Source: Schizochytrium sp. TIO01
Lineage: Eukaryota > Protista > Bigyra: Labyrinthulomycetes
Assembly: GCA_004764695.1 (NCBI GenBank)
Contig: SMSO01000005.1
Span: forward strand, 1,736,001-1,800,000
Direction of reading: 5' to 3'
Length of the DNA: 64,000 bases
Below the pieces are notes generated by a model, which was given only the letters and a program-made list of their open reading frames with translations, had not been told where the DNA came from and ran no database searches. The position numbers were made by a program, and so were the translations under genes. Shown piece by piece: positions 1 through 11,567 of the stretch. How positions within the stretch are numbered: position 1 is the first letter of the stretch; every line of letters starts with the position of its first letter.

Positions 1-1717
1 TCGAGAAGCGCCTTACTACTCCTACCTTCGAAGCCCTCCCCAGTTCTAATTTAGTTCTCCAAGTCCCACTTCGAAACATGTAACCTCCCGGTAGTAATGG
101 CCCGGCCCAAAGACCCAAAGATCTCATAACATGGGCGTTACGGATCAGATTTGATCTACTCATCGACCATTTATCAAAGTGTCTCTGCGTTTTCGAAAGA
201 AGAAAGGAAACGCGCGTTTTTATGATAATTTGCAATTCGCAAAGACCTCCTTCTGCCAGATTTGGGACTATTGCGACCTAATTTGTAGCGGCGGGCGGAC
301 AACCAGCGGGCCACCCGGAGGCAAGGCGATACTCGCGCCATTTATTTGGGGTCACCCGTGGTCGATCCTTGTCTAGTTCTTCAATTGCTCTTCTGGGCCG
401 AAGAAAGTGGTGCCGTGGTACAAGCACTTCTTGTAAAACAAGAGTCGATACCGTGCAAGAAGTCGTTCGTCAAGATACTGAGGAAGCTCTTGTGTAGAGA
501 TCCAAGTTCATGCAGGAGTGGGAGATGAACCTGGGCACGATCTCGTCGTTTACAAGTTAATAAGTTAATTCGTTGGCCTGGCTAATCATATAGAACCTGA
601 AGAAAGAGCACCTTCGGAAATGGGTTTCCGAAAACGCGATGCTGCAAGCAAACATCATATGCCCAGTCGCCAAAGCAATTGATAGAGTTGCATAGACTGC
701 AGAAATTGAAAGAAGGTACCATGCATGCATGCATGGTAGGTAGGTACGTGTTGTCTCACAGCGAAGCGAGGATTAGGTACTTCTTTCTGAAGCTTTCTGA
801 AGATCGCGAAATCGAGAATGGAACTGTATTTCACATCGCAGTGGTCTGCCTGCGCTAGCTAGCTATGAGGACTCTCTTGAATCCAGACCTTGTTCTGTAA
901 AGGTCTTTCTGGCTTGTCTACTTTATGTGTACAAGGTACGTCAGTGGGTCTGTGTTGAATGTATGTGTATGTTATTTTTAATTCGTCGTATAGGGCATAC
1001 TTTACATTTATTGGTTATTTAAAATTATAATTAATTAAGAAAAAAAAGAAGTAAAATTATGGTTAACATTATGGTTGCTCTCTATTGGTATTTATTTTTA
1101 AAGGCGTATTTTAATGGTTGAATTTTGCGCGCCCGTGGCCATTTTGGCAAAGTACAACACATGCAGAATCATCCACAAACTCAATCTTAGCAGCGCACTC
1201 GCAGCGATTTCGCTCTTCCGAAACCTCCCTGCGCGGGTATCTTGGCAGCGAGCGGAAGAGCAAGTCTTCGTGCCACAGAGACTCGTGCCACCTCGGGGTG
1301 AATGATCTGGGTAGAATAGCAGTTGCTTACGCCTTAAATCCTCCGAATGGCACTGACTAAGTTGGCATTCAGGTTCATAACCAGGTACAATTTCTCAGAA
1401 TGCAGAAGCTCTCTGTAAGAACGGCAGGTAGGGCCTTCAAAAGGTCGTGCCTCGGGGTCTCACTCAGTGCCGCCCGCTTGAAGATGGAGATATGATCGAT
1501 TGCACTTGAACCAGATAACAAATAAATGTCCACGCGCCCAAGAGTTTCCGCGGAGCTCGATTGTTGATGGATGTGCCGTGACTCGTGTTTTCTCTCTTTT
1601 AAAAATAAACTAATAAATAAATAATAATAATAACAATGCTTGCAAGCCTCTTTCTACAAACGTGCACTGCGAAGAAACCTGAACAGGAAAGGAGGCCGAA
1701 GAACAAGAAGAACGTGA

Positions 1718-1743
1718 AGATCATCTGAATAGATCATCTGAAT
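1718..1743. repeat. 13-bp tandem duplication (AGATCATCTGAAT)x2
   Basis: Read directly. Confidence 0.9.
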
Positions 1744-2770
1744 AAAGCTAAACTGGCAGTCCGTAAGAAACCTTGAGTGTATGTAGAATGTACCTCTTAG
1801 ATGGAGAATGATTTTAGGTTATCAATTTCATATGCACAGCACCAGCAGTCAAGACTCCTGCGTTTGGGGATAGCAGCTGATCATACACGCACGCACGCAC
1901 GGGTTTGGGTCGGGGCTGGCTGCGATGAAGGTCAAACTCTACCGCTGCGGTTGCAGATTAAACCTTCTGGCTGGATCGGCGATCGTGATAAAGTCTACAG
2001 AGTTGTGAATGTAGTTCATTTTTTTAGAGCGCTTGAGCGCACTGCTATCTTTTTCTTTCTCGTTTCTTGGGATCAGTAGTAGGTATTGAAACTTTTCGAA
2101 TAAAAATAAATTAAAAATAATATTATAATAATTGTCGGTAATTGTGTCAAAGAAACAGCGTACAGGTTACTCTGAAGTGCTGCTATAAATAAGCTACTGG
2201 GGGCGTGTTCTTACTTGCTATTAAGCATCTTCAAGCTACTCTTACTTAGCTTTATACTAGGTATGATCATACGAATGTGCTCAACACTTCTCAAGCATGA
2301 CCTTCTAAAGTAGCCACGCCTACAATGTGCGATGATCATGTGCACGAGAAACTTTCACATGTCATCTTGTATAACTCAAAACGCACTGCCAACGAAGCCT
2401 TTTCGTGCTCTTATCATTCTAAAGGGGTGTTGGAGTAAACGTTCATGATGGATGGCTTATGATTCAATTAAATTTGTTAGATTTCATTTACTGTGTTCAA
2501 AAACCCGATTTCTTCGTTTCTTATAATTCTCCTATTTTTGTACAGTGTTGTTAGTTTCATGTGTGACAGTCTCACTGTTCGTGGGTGCCACATCCTCAAC
2601 GACGGTGTCGCACTCTCATTGGTAGCGCGAGTACGGCTCGCAATTTGGAGCACTAAATGGAGGTATGGCCAGCCAGCGAGGGATGATCTTTGTCAACTTG
2701 AAATGTGCCGTGTCACCGGGTAGTACCTAGTAAATATTCTGCATCGTCGTTCTTGTCGCCGCCGTCGTCG

Positions 2771-2797
2771 TCATCATCATCATCATCATCATCATCA
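2771..2797. repeat. (CAT)n microsatellite
   Basis: tcatcatcat... read directly. Confidence 0.95.
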
Positions 2798-5700
2798 CCT
2801 TTGTCAGCATCTTCGTGGTTGTAAACTCTAAAAAAGGAGTCGTATGATGTGATCATGTGCAAACAACAGTCGGCATTCAACACGCTAGCTTGCTCAATTC
2901 GCGTGCCTTTTGGATTTCAGCTGACGACGGCGCGAGGTCCGAGTCGCGCTAATTAGCATTTGCTCGTCTTGCCTGCCAGCTAGCGCTGATAAGTTCTTGG
3001 CCGGTTGCATTGCACTGCACTGCATCGCATTGAATTGCATTGCACCAGACTCAACTCCTCCAAGCTCTCGCGGGTGAACGTGAAGAGTTCGGTCTCGCCT
3101 TCCTGCGAAGATGAAGCGCACTTGGTCAAGAACTAACTCCGCACGTGAAAACCGGGTCTTACCACAAAGAGAGAAAAGAAAGGAAAAACGTGCCTTCTTG
3201 CGAGACGATTTCTTACAACTTTAATGAAAATTACTTTCAGCATGACGGAAAGAAAATAAGGAAAATTTCACCATCATCATCATCATCATAATAGATAAAT
3301 GTTTCATTTCTTTTACAAATCAATTCTTTTAAAAAGATGAAGTGAAAGGGTTTCTTTAATGGCAAGAAGTCGAAAGAGGAACTTAAGGGCACGAGGCGGT
3401 GTATTAGGGCGCGCTAAGGGGCGCTAGCCATGCACAAAGAAGGCTTCCAGGCACCGCTGGAACGCCTCTCTGCACAGCCTTAGTCCTCAAGACCGTCTGC
3501 TATAAGCTCTCAGTGGCACTATCATAGATGGAGGTGATTGATGATATGCTATGCTGAAATGCCTTAGCGTGGAGAGCAACCAACTCTGGGCAAAAGAACC
3601 GCTCATTGCGTCATAACTTCTGGGATTGGTACAACTCATCGGTGGCCGGCACTACGACAGCTCGTTTGCACTGAGTGGAGAACAAACAGTGGAAGCGCTG
3701 TATTACAGAAATAACCCAGCTGGCCTTAAAGGAGACGAATGTATGGCCAAGAAGGCTGAATGGATGGACGTCGTCGCTTCTTGCTAATTCTGTGACCGCC
3801 GTAGGGTGGGCTTTCGCATCTTTGGGACGCCAGTGATTGCAATCGCTGCGGTGAAAGATAGGCTGTAGCTGAGCTGCAATAGGTAGCCGAAATGAACTGT
3901 GAAATTGTGTCGTGTTATGAAGTTGCTATCAGTCTGGCTGGGCCATGGCATCTTAGCTGACGCCCCTGTTCTCCAAGAACAAAGATGAATGAATTGAATT
4001 GAAACCTGTCGCTCGCTCTAGAACCGATGGATTCGGGGAATCCGTGACTGCTGGCATCGAATCTTCGTAAAAAGGGCAAATGAATGGTTTCCGAGGAATC
4101 CGAGGAATATGTCTTTGTTATCTCGGGTTAGAGGTTTCTATATGAATTATCTCTAGAAGAATGAAGACCTCCACAAATAGCATTTTTGAAGATGCAGCCC
4201 ATACAGATATTCGCTGGTAGATCTCTCTGTATTTAAATTTATTCCTCGAAAGCAACGACAGAATGTTTTTGAGTTTTTTTTTTAAATGAAATAACTGGGC
4301 TTAGAGTACTCTTTTTGTATCTTTTCTTTCCTCAAAACTGATTGCATTCTGTATTCCTTGGAGAAAATGGTGTTACGCACCAGAATTCTTTAGAAATTCG
4401 ATTTCTGAAATCACATATAGAACTAACCAACGGATCGAAAAAATCGTATTCCTGTATAAGCCAATTGGTTAATCGGCGGTTAATCAGGGTCTACTCTTTC
4501 GCGGTTTAAATTAATTGTTGCAGTAACATGAAGGTTGTTATCAACTTAAAGGGTTACCCATCATTTTAATATTCATGCGCTCGTTACATCAATGCAATTA
4601 TTCTATTTTGTCTCCTTTCTCAAAATTGTCTTGAAAGAGCAACTATAAACACTTGGAGTTCCGTTTAGATAATGGGAAATCTGATGTGGTCTATCTACGC
4701 CTGCGTCAAAGCAATACTCTTCGCATCACGAACCGAAGAATCATGAAGCCGCGGGGAAAAAAAAAAAGAAGCGCTGCAAAATTCCTCTTTAATAATTGCA
4801 GTCCAAAGCTAAAGATATAGTTGCCACCTATTTCGTAGCAAACAACATCGTGAAGATTAGCAGGTAAAGGTTCCATTTTAAGAGGATTCAAAAGTATAGA
4901 TACGGTTTATATGTAAAGGCAAGCTCTCTGACATATCCAGTGTAATAAAAAGGTAATGCGTGTGCAAGGGTACTTAGAAAATCCAAGATTTTGGAAAATG
5001 AGGTGGTAATTGATGTTTATCAGGAATTTCCTTCGAATAAGTGACTGCATAGTGACCTATGTAAGTCAACAATCGCTTTCACTCAATTATAAGAAATACA
5101 ACAATATCATTCTATAATACTTTCTTTTCTGAAGATGCTGAGATCTCCAATCGAAGGAACTAGTGGACAAGACATTGCCAGAGTTCTTGGTGTCCCTTTG
5201 TAAAACCCATTGGAAATAAGGTTTACATTAGAACAAGAATAAGCAGCCAGACTTATGTGGCTGCTGAAGCCAAGAACTAGAAGTGTGAATACACATCACC
5301 GACACCCAAGCTTGGTTTAGCTTGGATCGATGGTTGGAGAAGGTTGGATAACCTAACCCCATCGATTATCTCTAACCACATTCAAGAATGTCTTAATCTC
5401 CCTAAATTACTACATGAATCCATCTGTCCTGGAATTCATTCCCCAGGACAGCAGTTCGCTAACACTTAAATCAACCTTCTTATAACCTTCATCAAGCTTC
5501 TTGCCTTCATCTTTACAGTCAACCTCACGCTAATCAGTTTCACCTTTCAGCAGAAGAAAGTAACTGAGATTGTAGCCATATCTTTAAAAAAAATAATGAA
5601 AGCCGATGATTTGGTTTCGAGCACGGAAATTAAATATTTCTAGCACAGTACGTAGTTACACACCTGCGCCAACAGCCTAGAACCTAGTCAGTATAATCCT

Positions 5701-6729
5701 TTATCTAGGTCTAATGAGAGCTTATTGGAGTTTTGGCTATCCATTGCTGTGTGTTGCTGCTGCTGTTTCTGTTGTCAGATAGTTTCCCCCTTTATAAAAG
5801 AGAGAAGCAAAATAATAACGATACTCGCCATGTTTTTTAAACAAGACGAGGTGATCAAGCTATGGAATGATTTAGTTGACATTTTACTCCAATCAAAGAT
5901 GCCCAATTACACCAGAGCTTAAGACCGTCGTGAGTAATATATCAAATCAAACTGTTCTATGTGGTTCTCCTCAGTACTTTTTGAACATATCATTTTCATG
6001 AGGCATCAAATGCAAAGAAATAGAGGAAGTTTTATGTTGCTATACCTCGTTCATTAAACGTTTTAAAGTAGTGTATGTACTAAATTGTAGCAGAGCATGA
6101 AAATGGTTCTACATCTGTGAAACTATTTAAAGGTAAGGTATTATGCTAAGTCAAATCCACTTTGGTTCTATAAAGGACTGGTTTGATTTAGCCTGGTCGT
6201 AGGGGCTATTATCTTAGATTCTTGTATTGTACTACTAGCATTATCAACGCTGCTAAGGTTTCTTACATCCTCTTGTTTTTCAGCCAATCCTGAACTTCGA
6301 GTTGTGTCATCTGTTTGACACTGTTTGCACACCTAAAAATCAGTTTCGCTAATACGGAGGGCATATACACCTCTTTGAAACCAATTTTATCGGGTGCTGG
6401 AATCGGCAGTGCCAGCTTCATGATCTCATTTGGCATCAAGGCCGTATTCATTAGCTGAGGGTTCTCGTTCAAAGACAATTGGCGGAAACTTGTGTCCCAC
6501 CCAGTCCATGTCTGCATGGATTTGTGTTGTGTTGATTCAAAGGGGGAAAGGCCCACGATAAATCGAACCCAAATCGATTGCGTCACTAGCGTATCCGGTG
6601 TCATCCTCTATTTTGCAGAAGTAAAGGAAGGAGAGAACAAGATGCACTGGGAAAAACAAAGCCAGGGCTGCCGCGGTGACTTCATGAAAAGTCACACGCT
6701 GCGTAGAAACGCTACGGTTCTTTCCCTTG

Positions 6730-6762
6730 GTAGGTACGTAGGTAGGTAGGCAGGTAGGTAGG
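6730..6762. repeat. Imperfect (TAGG)n microsatellite
   Basis: taggtacgtaggtaggtaggcaggtaggtagg. Confidence 0.85.
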
Positions 6763-8025
6763 CAAGTAGTTATCGCTTCGTCCCCTTCTTTCAAATGCAA
6801 CAGAGTACCTAGTGGCCACCTAGGCCGCCACAGCTGAGTTGTATGTTCGCGCAAACCTCGCAATGCCAAATCAGAATAGCTGGTAAACTCCCAAGTGTTC
6901 TATCTGTCTAATCTCAGCGGTAGGCAACAGCGCTTGACACAGACGCTTAAGGTAACTGTTTTCGCATTAACAAATAGGACAGAGTTTCTATAGATTACCT
7001 ACCTTGCGACATGGTGGACACGCACATTGTCGTGGCATCCACCAATACCGGCATTCATAAGTGCTTGATTCCCATCTCACGATGCGCAATCCGCATTTCA
7101 CCTGTTTCGTACCCTGATCACATAAAGAGCTTGGAAAGGTGTGCACTCCAATGGTGTCGAGGACCTGGGACCAAAGAGAACAAAATAAAATCTTCTACTT
7201 CCAATAAAAAAAATCTAATTTTGGCATGTCATGTCATTCATTACCTTTTCGCCGTAAGCAAACATAACCTTTGCTCACTCAGTGCCGACCCATGCCATCT
7301 CAGCATCCTCTCACTCGCAGTGCATCCTACATTAATTCCTGTTGGCGTTGGCCAAAAACGTGAAGTTAGATAGTACTCATCATATCTAAAAGATTTCATT
7401 TGTTCTATGAGAATGAAACTGACTCAGTGGTCATGGCTATTGTTTTCCTTAGGAGTACTAGCGCCCAACTGGCTATTCAGTAAGGTTTTTTCCCCTCTTT
7501 GATGAGGCAGAACTGGAACTGGTTTGCTCACACGAAGTGATTGAAAACGCGACGCGCAGTACTCGCAACGAAGTTTACCAAGGATTGGGAATGAGCTAAG
7601 GCAGTTTGCAGGCGAGAGAGGTCGTGTTCTGAACACGAAGAGGCACGAGGATAACTCAGACGCAGCTGCCCACAAGTTTGGTACAGACGCCAACCGACGT
7701 TGTTGGTTGCGGCCAACAAACTAACTGATTGGGTTGGTCCAACGAAGAAAATCAGTTCGACTAGACAGGCCAAAAGCCTTCTAGTAGTGCAATACATAAC
7801 GAACGTTATTTCATCGAACATCCCGACGGCAACGGAGTCAGAGGCGTGAAGCACAAACAAGCAATACCAAAGCTCTCGTTGTCCTTGAGAGGCCATTGCG
7901 TACAGCCGGAGGAGAATAGAATACTGATTGGAATATACAAGTGTGTAGGATTCTTTGAACGATACGACACAAAGGAGGGAAATAAGCTGGAAGAAAATCG
8001 TGGAGAAGGAAAACGAACTAAGCTT

Positions 8026-10893
8026 ATGAGGAAAGACAAAGTCATGAACCACGCAGGAACAGGACCTGGGCAGCAATTGTTGTCGTTGATTATACTATTT
8101 GGAGGATGGATGGTCGCATTTTTCGGCGTCGCTGGCAGCGTGAGACCAGGTGTCGGAGGAGTTCTATCATTTACAGTGGTCTCACTCACCGGATTGCTAT
8201 TCATGACAAGTACTCTTCTGCTCTATAGATCTAAAATCGAAGGTCTCTTATGGGTTGCAGACCTTATGGAGGACAGGGTACTGCATGCGAAACAAAACTG
8301 GGTTCACGAATCGTGGCGATCCCTAGTTGAAGTTGGGAGTTGGTTGCATATTACCTTTCGTATACATGCTATTGTTGAAAGTCCTGTATTAAGTGCTGTC
8401 CTAGGCGCCATTGCAGGTGCCTTTTGTGTAGTCCTCGGTGAAACACTAACTTCACATTGCCGGCAAGACTGTACTAAGCACTTTTCTCCTATCCGCACAC
8501 CAGAAATAGCGAGTCTGCTCTGGACGCCTCAATTTGTCTCCCTAGCTATTGCCCTTATACTGACTGGAGTCATGCTACACGTTCAAGAAAGCCAGGACCT
8601 TGGCTTTGCACTCACCCTTACTGCGCTTACGAACGTGGCCTACATAACTGCAGAGCAACTACTCATGATATGGGAACCAACTCGTTGGGCTGCCTGTACT
8701 CTTCATGATCGTGCCGTTAACATTGTACATAACTGGCAGCACGAAACCATCCGGAGTGGCTTTGAGACAAGCTTTTATCTCAGCAGTATATTTTCGTGCT
8801 TCAGTGCTACGGAAAACGTCATTGTTTCCGTCGCTGCAGGTACAGTTGCAGGAATCGTTATCGTTCTCTTGAGTTCATCAATCGGATTAGGAGAAATCTC
8901 AACAGCTCCGCCGCCGAGTCTTACTAAAGGCCCTCGCGAATATTCGCAAAATCAATTCGCCTTTTTTGTTGTGGGAGTATCTGGATGGGCATTTGCTACA
9001 TTGCTGTACACATCGCTTGTATTCTCCAGGAATGCAATTCTTGCGACCTTCGTGACACTTCTTACGGCTGTGGCACTCATTTGTGTTGTCGCATTACCTG
9101 TCTCACTAGAACCTCGCCATATAGAACACTCAAGTGGGGGAAATCTCAAAGCGGTTGACCAGAAACAACATACTCCTACACCAATATCTACAAAGTGTGC
9201 CTCCTTTGCTGGTGTTATGCCAATGGAATTTGTACCCCATTGCAAATTGAGTCCTGCCGTTTTCCAAAGTAAATGGGCGGCCTTTAAATTTACTTTGCGG
9301 GCCCTTCTCACAAATTATATAAGTGCATTCCACGTTAAAAATGAAGAAGTACATCACCTTCCACCTGTACGCATGAGTCAAGTTGAGAAGTGGGCTCAAG
9401 AGCATGGTATCTGTCCAGATTATAATCTGCTCGCACCAATTGATAAATTTGAACGACTTTCCCGGCGCGAGATCTCCCCTGAGCAGGTCAAGCAAACTAA
9501 GACATGGGTTGTTATAGAAGGCTTTGTGTTTGATGTAGCTTCTTTCGCTGCATCTCACCCCGGTGGCAAAGACTTGCTCGTCGCGTATGCAGCTCGAGGG
9601 GCAGATGTTACTGATCACTTTGCTGCATTTCATCACCCCAGTGTCTACCACCGGCTTACCTCGCTACTCGTTGGCAAACTTGCCACAAATAAAAACATGG
9701 CAATTCCTGAAGAACACAATAGCGAAAGGGGGAATAAGGTAGCACTCGAGCTTTACGGAAAGGCCACCCAACAGTACCGATTATTGAGATCCTACCTTTG
9801 GACACACGGTTACTTTGATGGTGCTGAAAGTAATACTGAGACTGCTCAAGCTGTGGGCCACCTTCATGTTTTTGTTCTCTCCCTGGGTTTACTTGCAGTC
9901 TGTCAAATTATCTTGCTGAGTGAAAATCTCAAAAGTAATCAAGATCTCTCATCTTTCCGCAAGTACTTCCAGTGTACTCTGGCTGGCGTTACGCTTGGCT
10001 TTTTTTGGCAGCAGGTTGGATTTATCGCTCATGATGCGATGCACAATGGTATTGTTAACCGTACTATCGAGAAGCGTCCGACGTCATCGTTTGTACCTCA
10101 CAACCTCCTTGGCTGGCTTCACGCCAGTGTTTTATTTGGAATCAGTTCCCAAATGTGGCATGTAGAACACAGCGGTCATCATGCTATGACTATCCGTGCA
10201 GGAGAAGACCCGCAGTTTAATTATTTACCCATGTGGGCTATTTCTCTTAAAGAGTTTGCAAGTGATAACTGGCAGCAGCTTAAGAGCTCTTTTTGGTTGA
10301 TGCCTTTAATTACACGCACGCTCGTGTCAATTCAACATTACACCCTATTGCCTCTTGCAATGCTGGTAGGCCGGTTTAATTTCTATATCATCAATGTGAT
10401 CTTTGCGATTAAACATCGCATTTACTATGATCTTATTGGTATGGCTTTCTATTGGACTTATTTCTCTACTCTCGTCATGCAACTTTCGGGTCATCGTGAC
10501 CTTCAAACTCTTCTTATCCTTTCTTCTCACTGGACTGTTGGAATTCTTCATGTGCAGCTTCTTATTTCACATTTAGCACTTGACACCGTCACTGTTGAGG
10601 AGGAGGAAGCTTACGGATTTTTTGTTCATCAGGTCAAGACAACACGCGACGTTGACACTAGCGAATCCTTTGCATTTCTTCATGGTGGACTAGAGCGCCA
10701 AATTGCACATCACCTTTGGCCATCATTGCCTCGTGGTCGTCTCGAGCTTGTAACACCTGCCGTCAAAGATATTTGTAGAGACAATCCTGAACTCGACTAC
10801 CGTTCTGCACCGTTCTGCGACGTCATTCGACTTTGCCTTCACGACTTTCGAGAAATTGCAGCGGAAGTTTGGGCTGGAAATATCGCTATCTAA
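8026..10893 (+). CDS. Cytochrome b5-fusion desaturase (sphingolipid Delta8 / front-end type) with a long N-terminal multi-TM extension
   Basis: Cyt b5 domain (WVVIEGFVFDV..F...HPGG at 9556, GADVTDHFAAFH). His boxes HDAMH (10030), HSGHH (10168) and QIAHH (10699). Flanking motifs DPQFNYLP, GRFNFY, LHVQLLISH and GGLERQIAHHLWP resemble fungal Delta8 sphingolipid desaturases. The ORF is open from GTG 7846, but the first in-frame ATGs are at 8026 and 8044, so the start is uncertain. Confidence 0.9.
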   Translation: MRKDKVMNHAGTGPGQQLLSLIILFGGWMVAFFGVAGSVRPGVGGVLSFTVVSLTGLLFMTSTLLLYRSKIEGLLWVADLMEDRVLHAKQNWVHESWRSLVEVGSWLHITFRIHAIVESPVLSAVLGAIAGAFCVVLGETLTSHCRQDCTKHFSPIRTPEIASLLWTPQFVSLAIALILTGVMLHVQESQDLGFALTLTALTNVAYITAEQLLMIWEPTRWAACTLHDRAVNIVHNWQHETIRSGFETSFYLSSIFSCFSATENVIVSVAAGTVAGIVIVLLSSSIGLGEISTAPPPSLTKGPREYSQNQFAFFVVGVSGWAFATLLYTSLVFSRNAILATFVTLLTAVALICVVALPVSLEPRHIEHSSGGNLKAVDQKQHTPTPISTKCASFAGVMPMEFVPHCKLSPAVFQSKWAAFKFTLRALLTNYISAFHVKNEEVHHLPPVRMSQVEKWAQEHGICPDYNLLAPIDKFERLSRREISPEQVKQTKTWVVIEGFVFDVASFAASHPGGKDLLVAYAARGADVTDHFAAFHHPSVYHRLTSLLVGKLATNKNMAIPEEHNSERGNKVALELYGKATQQYRLLRSYLWTHGYFDGAESNTETAQAVGHLHVFVLSLGLLAVCQIILLSENLKSNQDLSSFRKYFQCTLAGVTLGFFWQQVGFIAHDAMHNGIVNRTIEKRPTSSFVPHNLLGWLHASVLFGISSQMWHVEHSGHHAMTIRAGEDPQFNYLPMWAISLKEFASDNWQQLKSSFWLMPLITRTLVSIQHYTLLPLAMLVGRFNFYIINVIFAIKHRIYYDLIGMAFYWTYFSTLVMQLSGHRDLQTLLILSSHWTVGILHVQLLISHLALDTVTVEEEEAYGFFVHQVKTTRDVDTSESFAFLHGGLERQIAHHLWPSLPRGRLELVTPAVKDICRDNPELDYRSAPFCDVIRLCLHDFREIAAEVWAGNIAI

Positions 10894-11567
10894 TCTTCTC
10901 TTTCCATTGACCTTTTTGTTCACTATCATTTCTTTCTAAATGTTTACTTTCATCAGCTTAGTGCCTCTGATTCAAATAAACACAAAGCATCTTTTTCGTT
11001 TATAGTAATCTTCATAGTAGGTGTGTGAACTATTTCTATATTCAGCTTGCAGTCCCTCCTCCCCATTATATTCCTTTTTGGATGATTTTTTTTATTGTAC
11101 GGCTTATGATAGTACCATGTATAGGTACGATATCCCTGCTAGTTTTTAGAGAAAACGTAACGGATATATCTCAGAGGTGGGCCAAAGATAGCTAAAATCA
11201 CACAAACATTTGATTATAATTAGTTTGGTAGCATATTGAAGAGAATAAGTATGATATCTCTATCACACCACATTGGATTCATACGAATCCTAGAGTATAG
11301 AGGGAGTTTTCGTTGCAGCAGTTTTTTTATCAGAAAAAAATAAACCTAAAAAAACTTAGGTAATAATGTGCAGAAAAACTGGAACAGGAACAGGAACCTC
11401 AAAGTAAACAAGCAAGGCAGAGGTTCGATTGGCAGTCATTAATTAAGACAGCTCGAGTGCGTGTTTGCATAGTTCATAAGGCAATAGGTGGCATGCGCAG
11501 CACTCCTGTGACGCTAGCCTCTGCTCATACGAGCTCTTGAGTTACCTGCGTTGCTAAAGAAGGAACC

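Noticed and set aside
240-370. TAATTTGTAGCGGCGGG resembling the U1 snRNA Sm site and 3' stem
   Set aside because: No ATACTTACCTG 5' end or U1 loop motifs at the expected distance upstream.
6263-6604. 113-aa minus-strand ORF
   Set aside because: No recognisable domain; cannot be told apart from a chance ORF.
7846-8025. GTG start for the desaturase given by the ORF track
   Set aside because: Eukaryotic context; the region is purine-rich and 5'UTR-like, and in-frame ATGs exist at 8026 and 8044.
7528-8204. Minus-strand ORFs of 182 and 132 aa
   Set aside because: Antisense shadows of the desaturase 5' region with no motifs.
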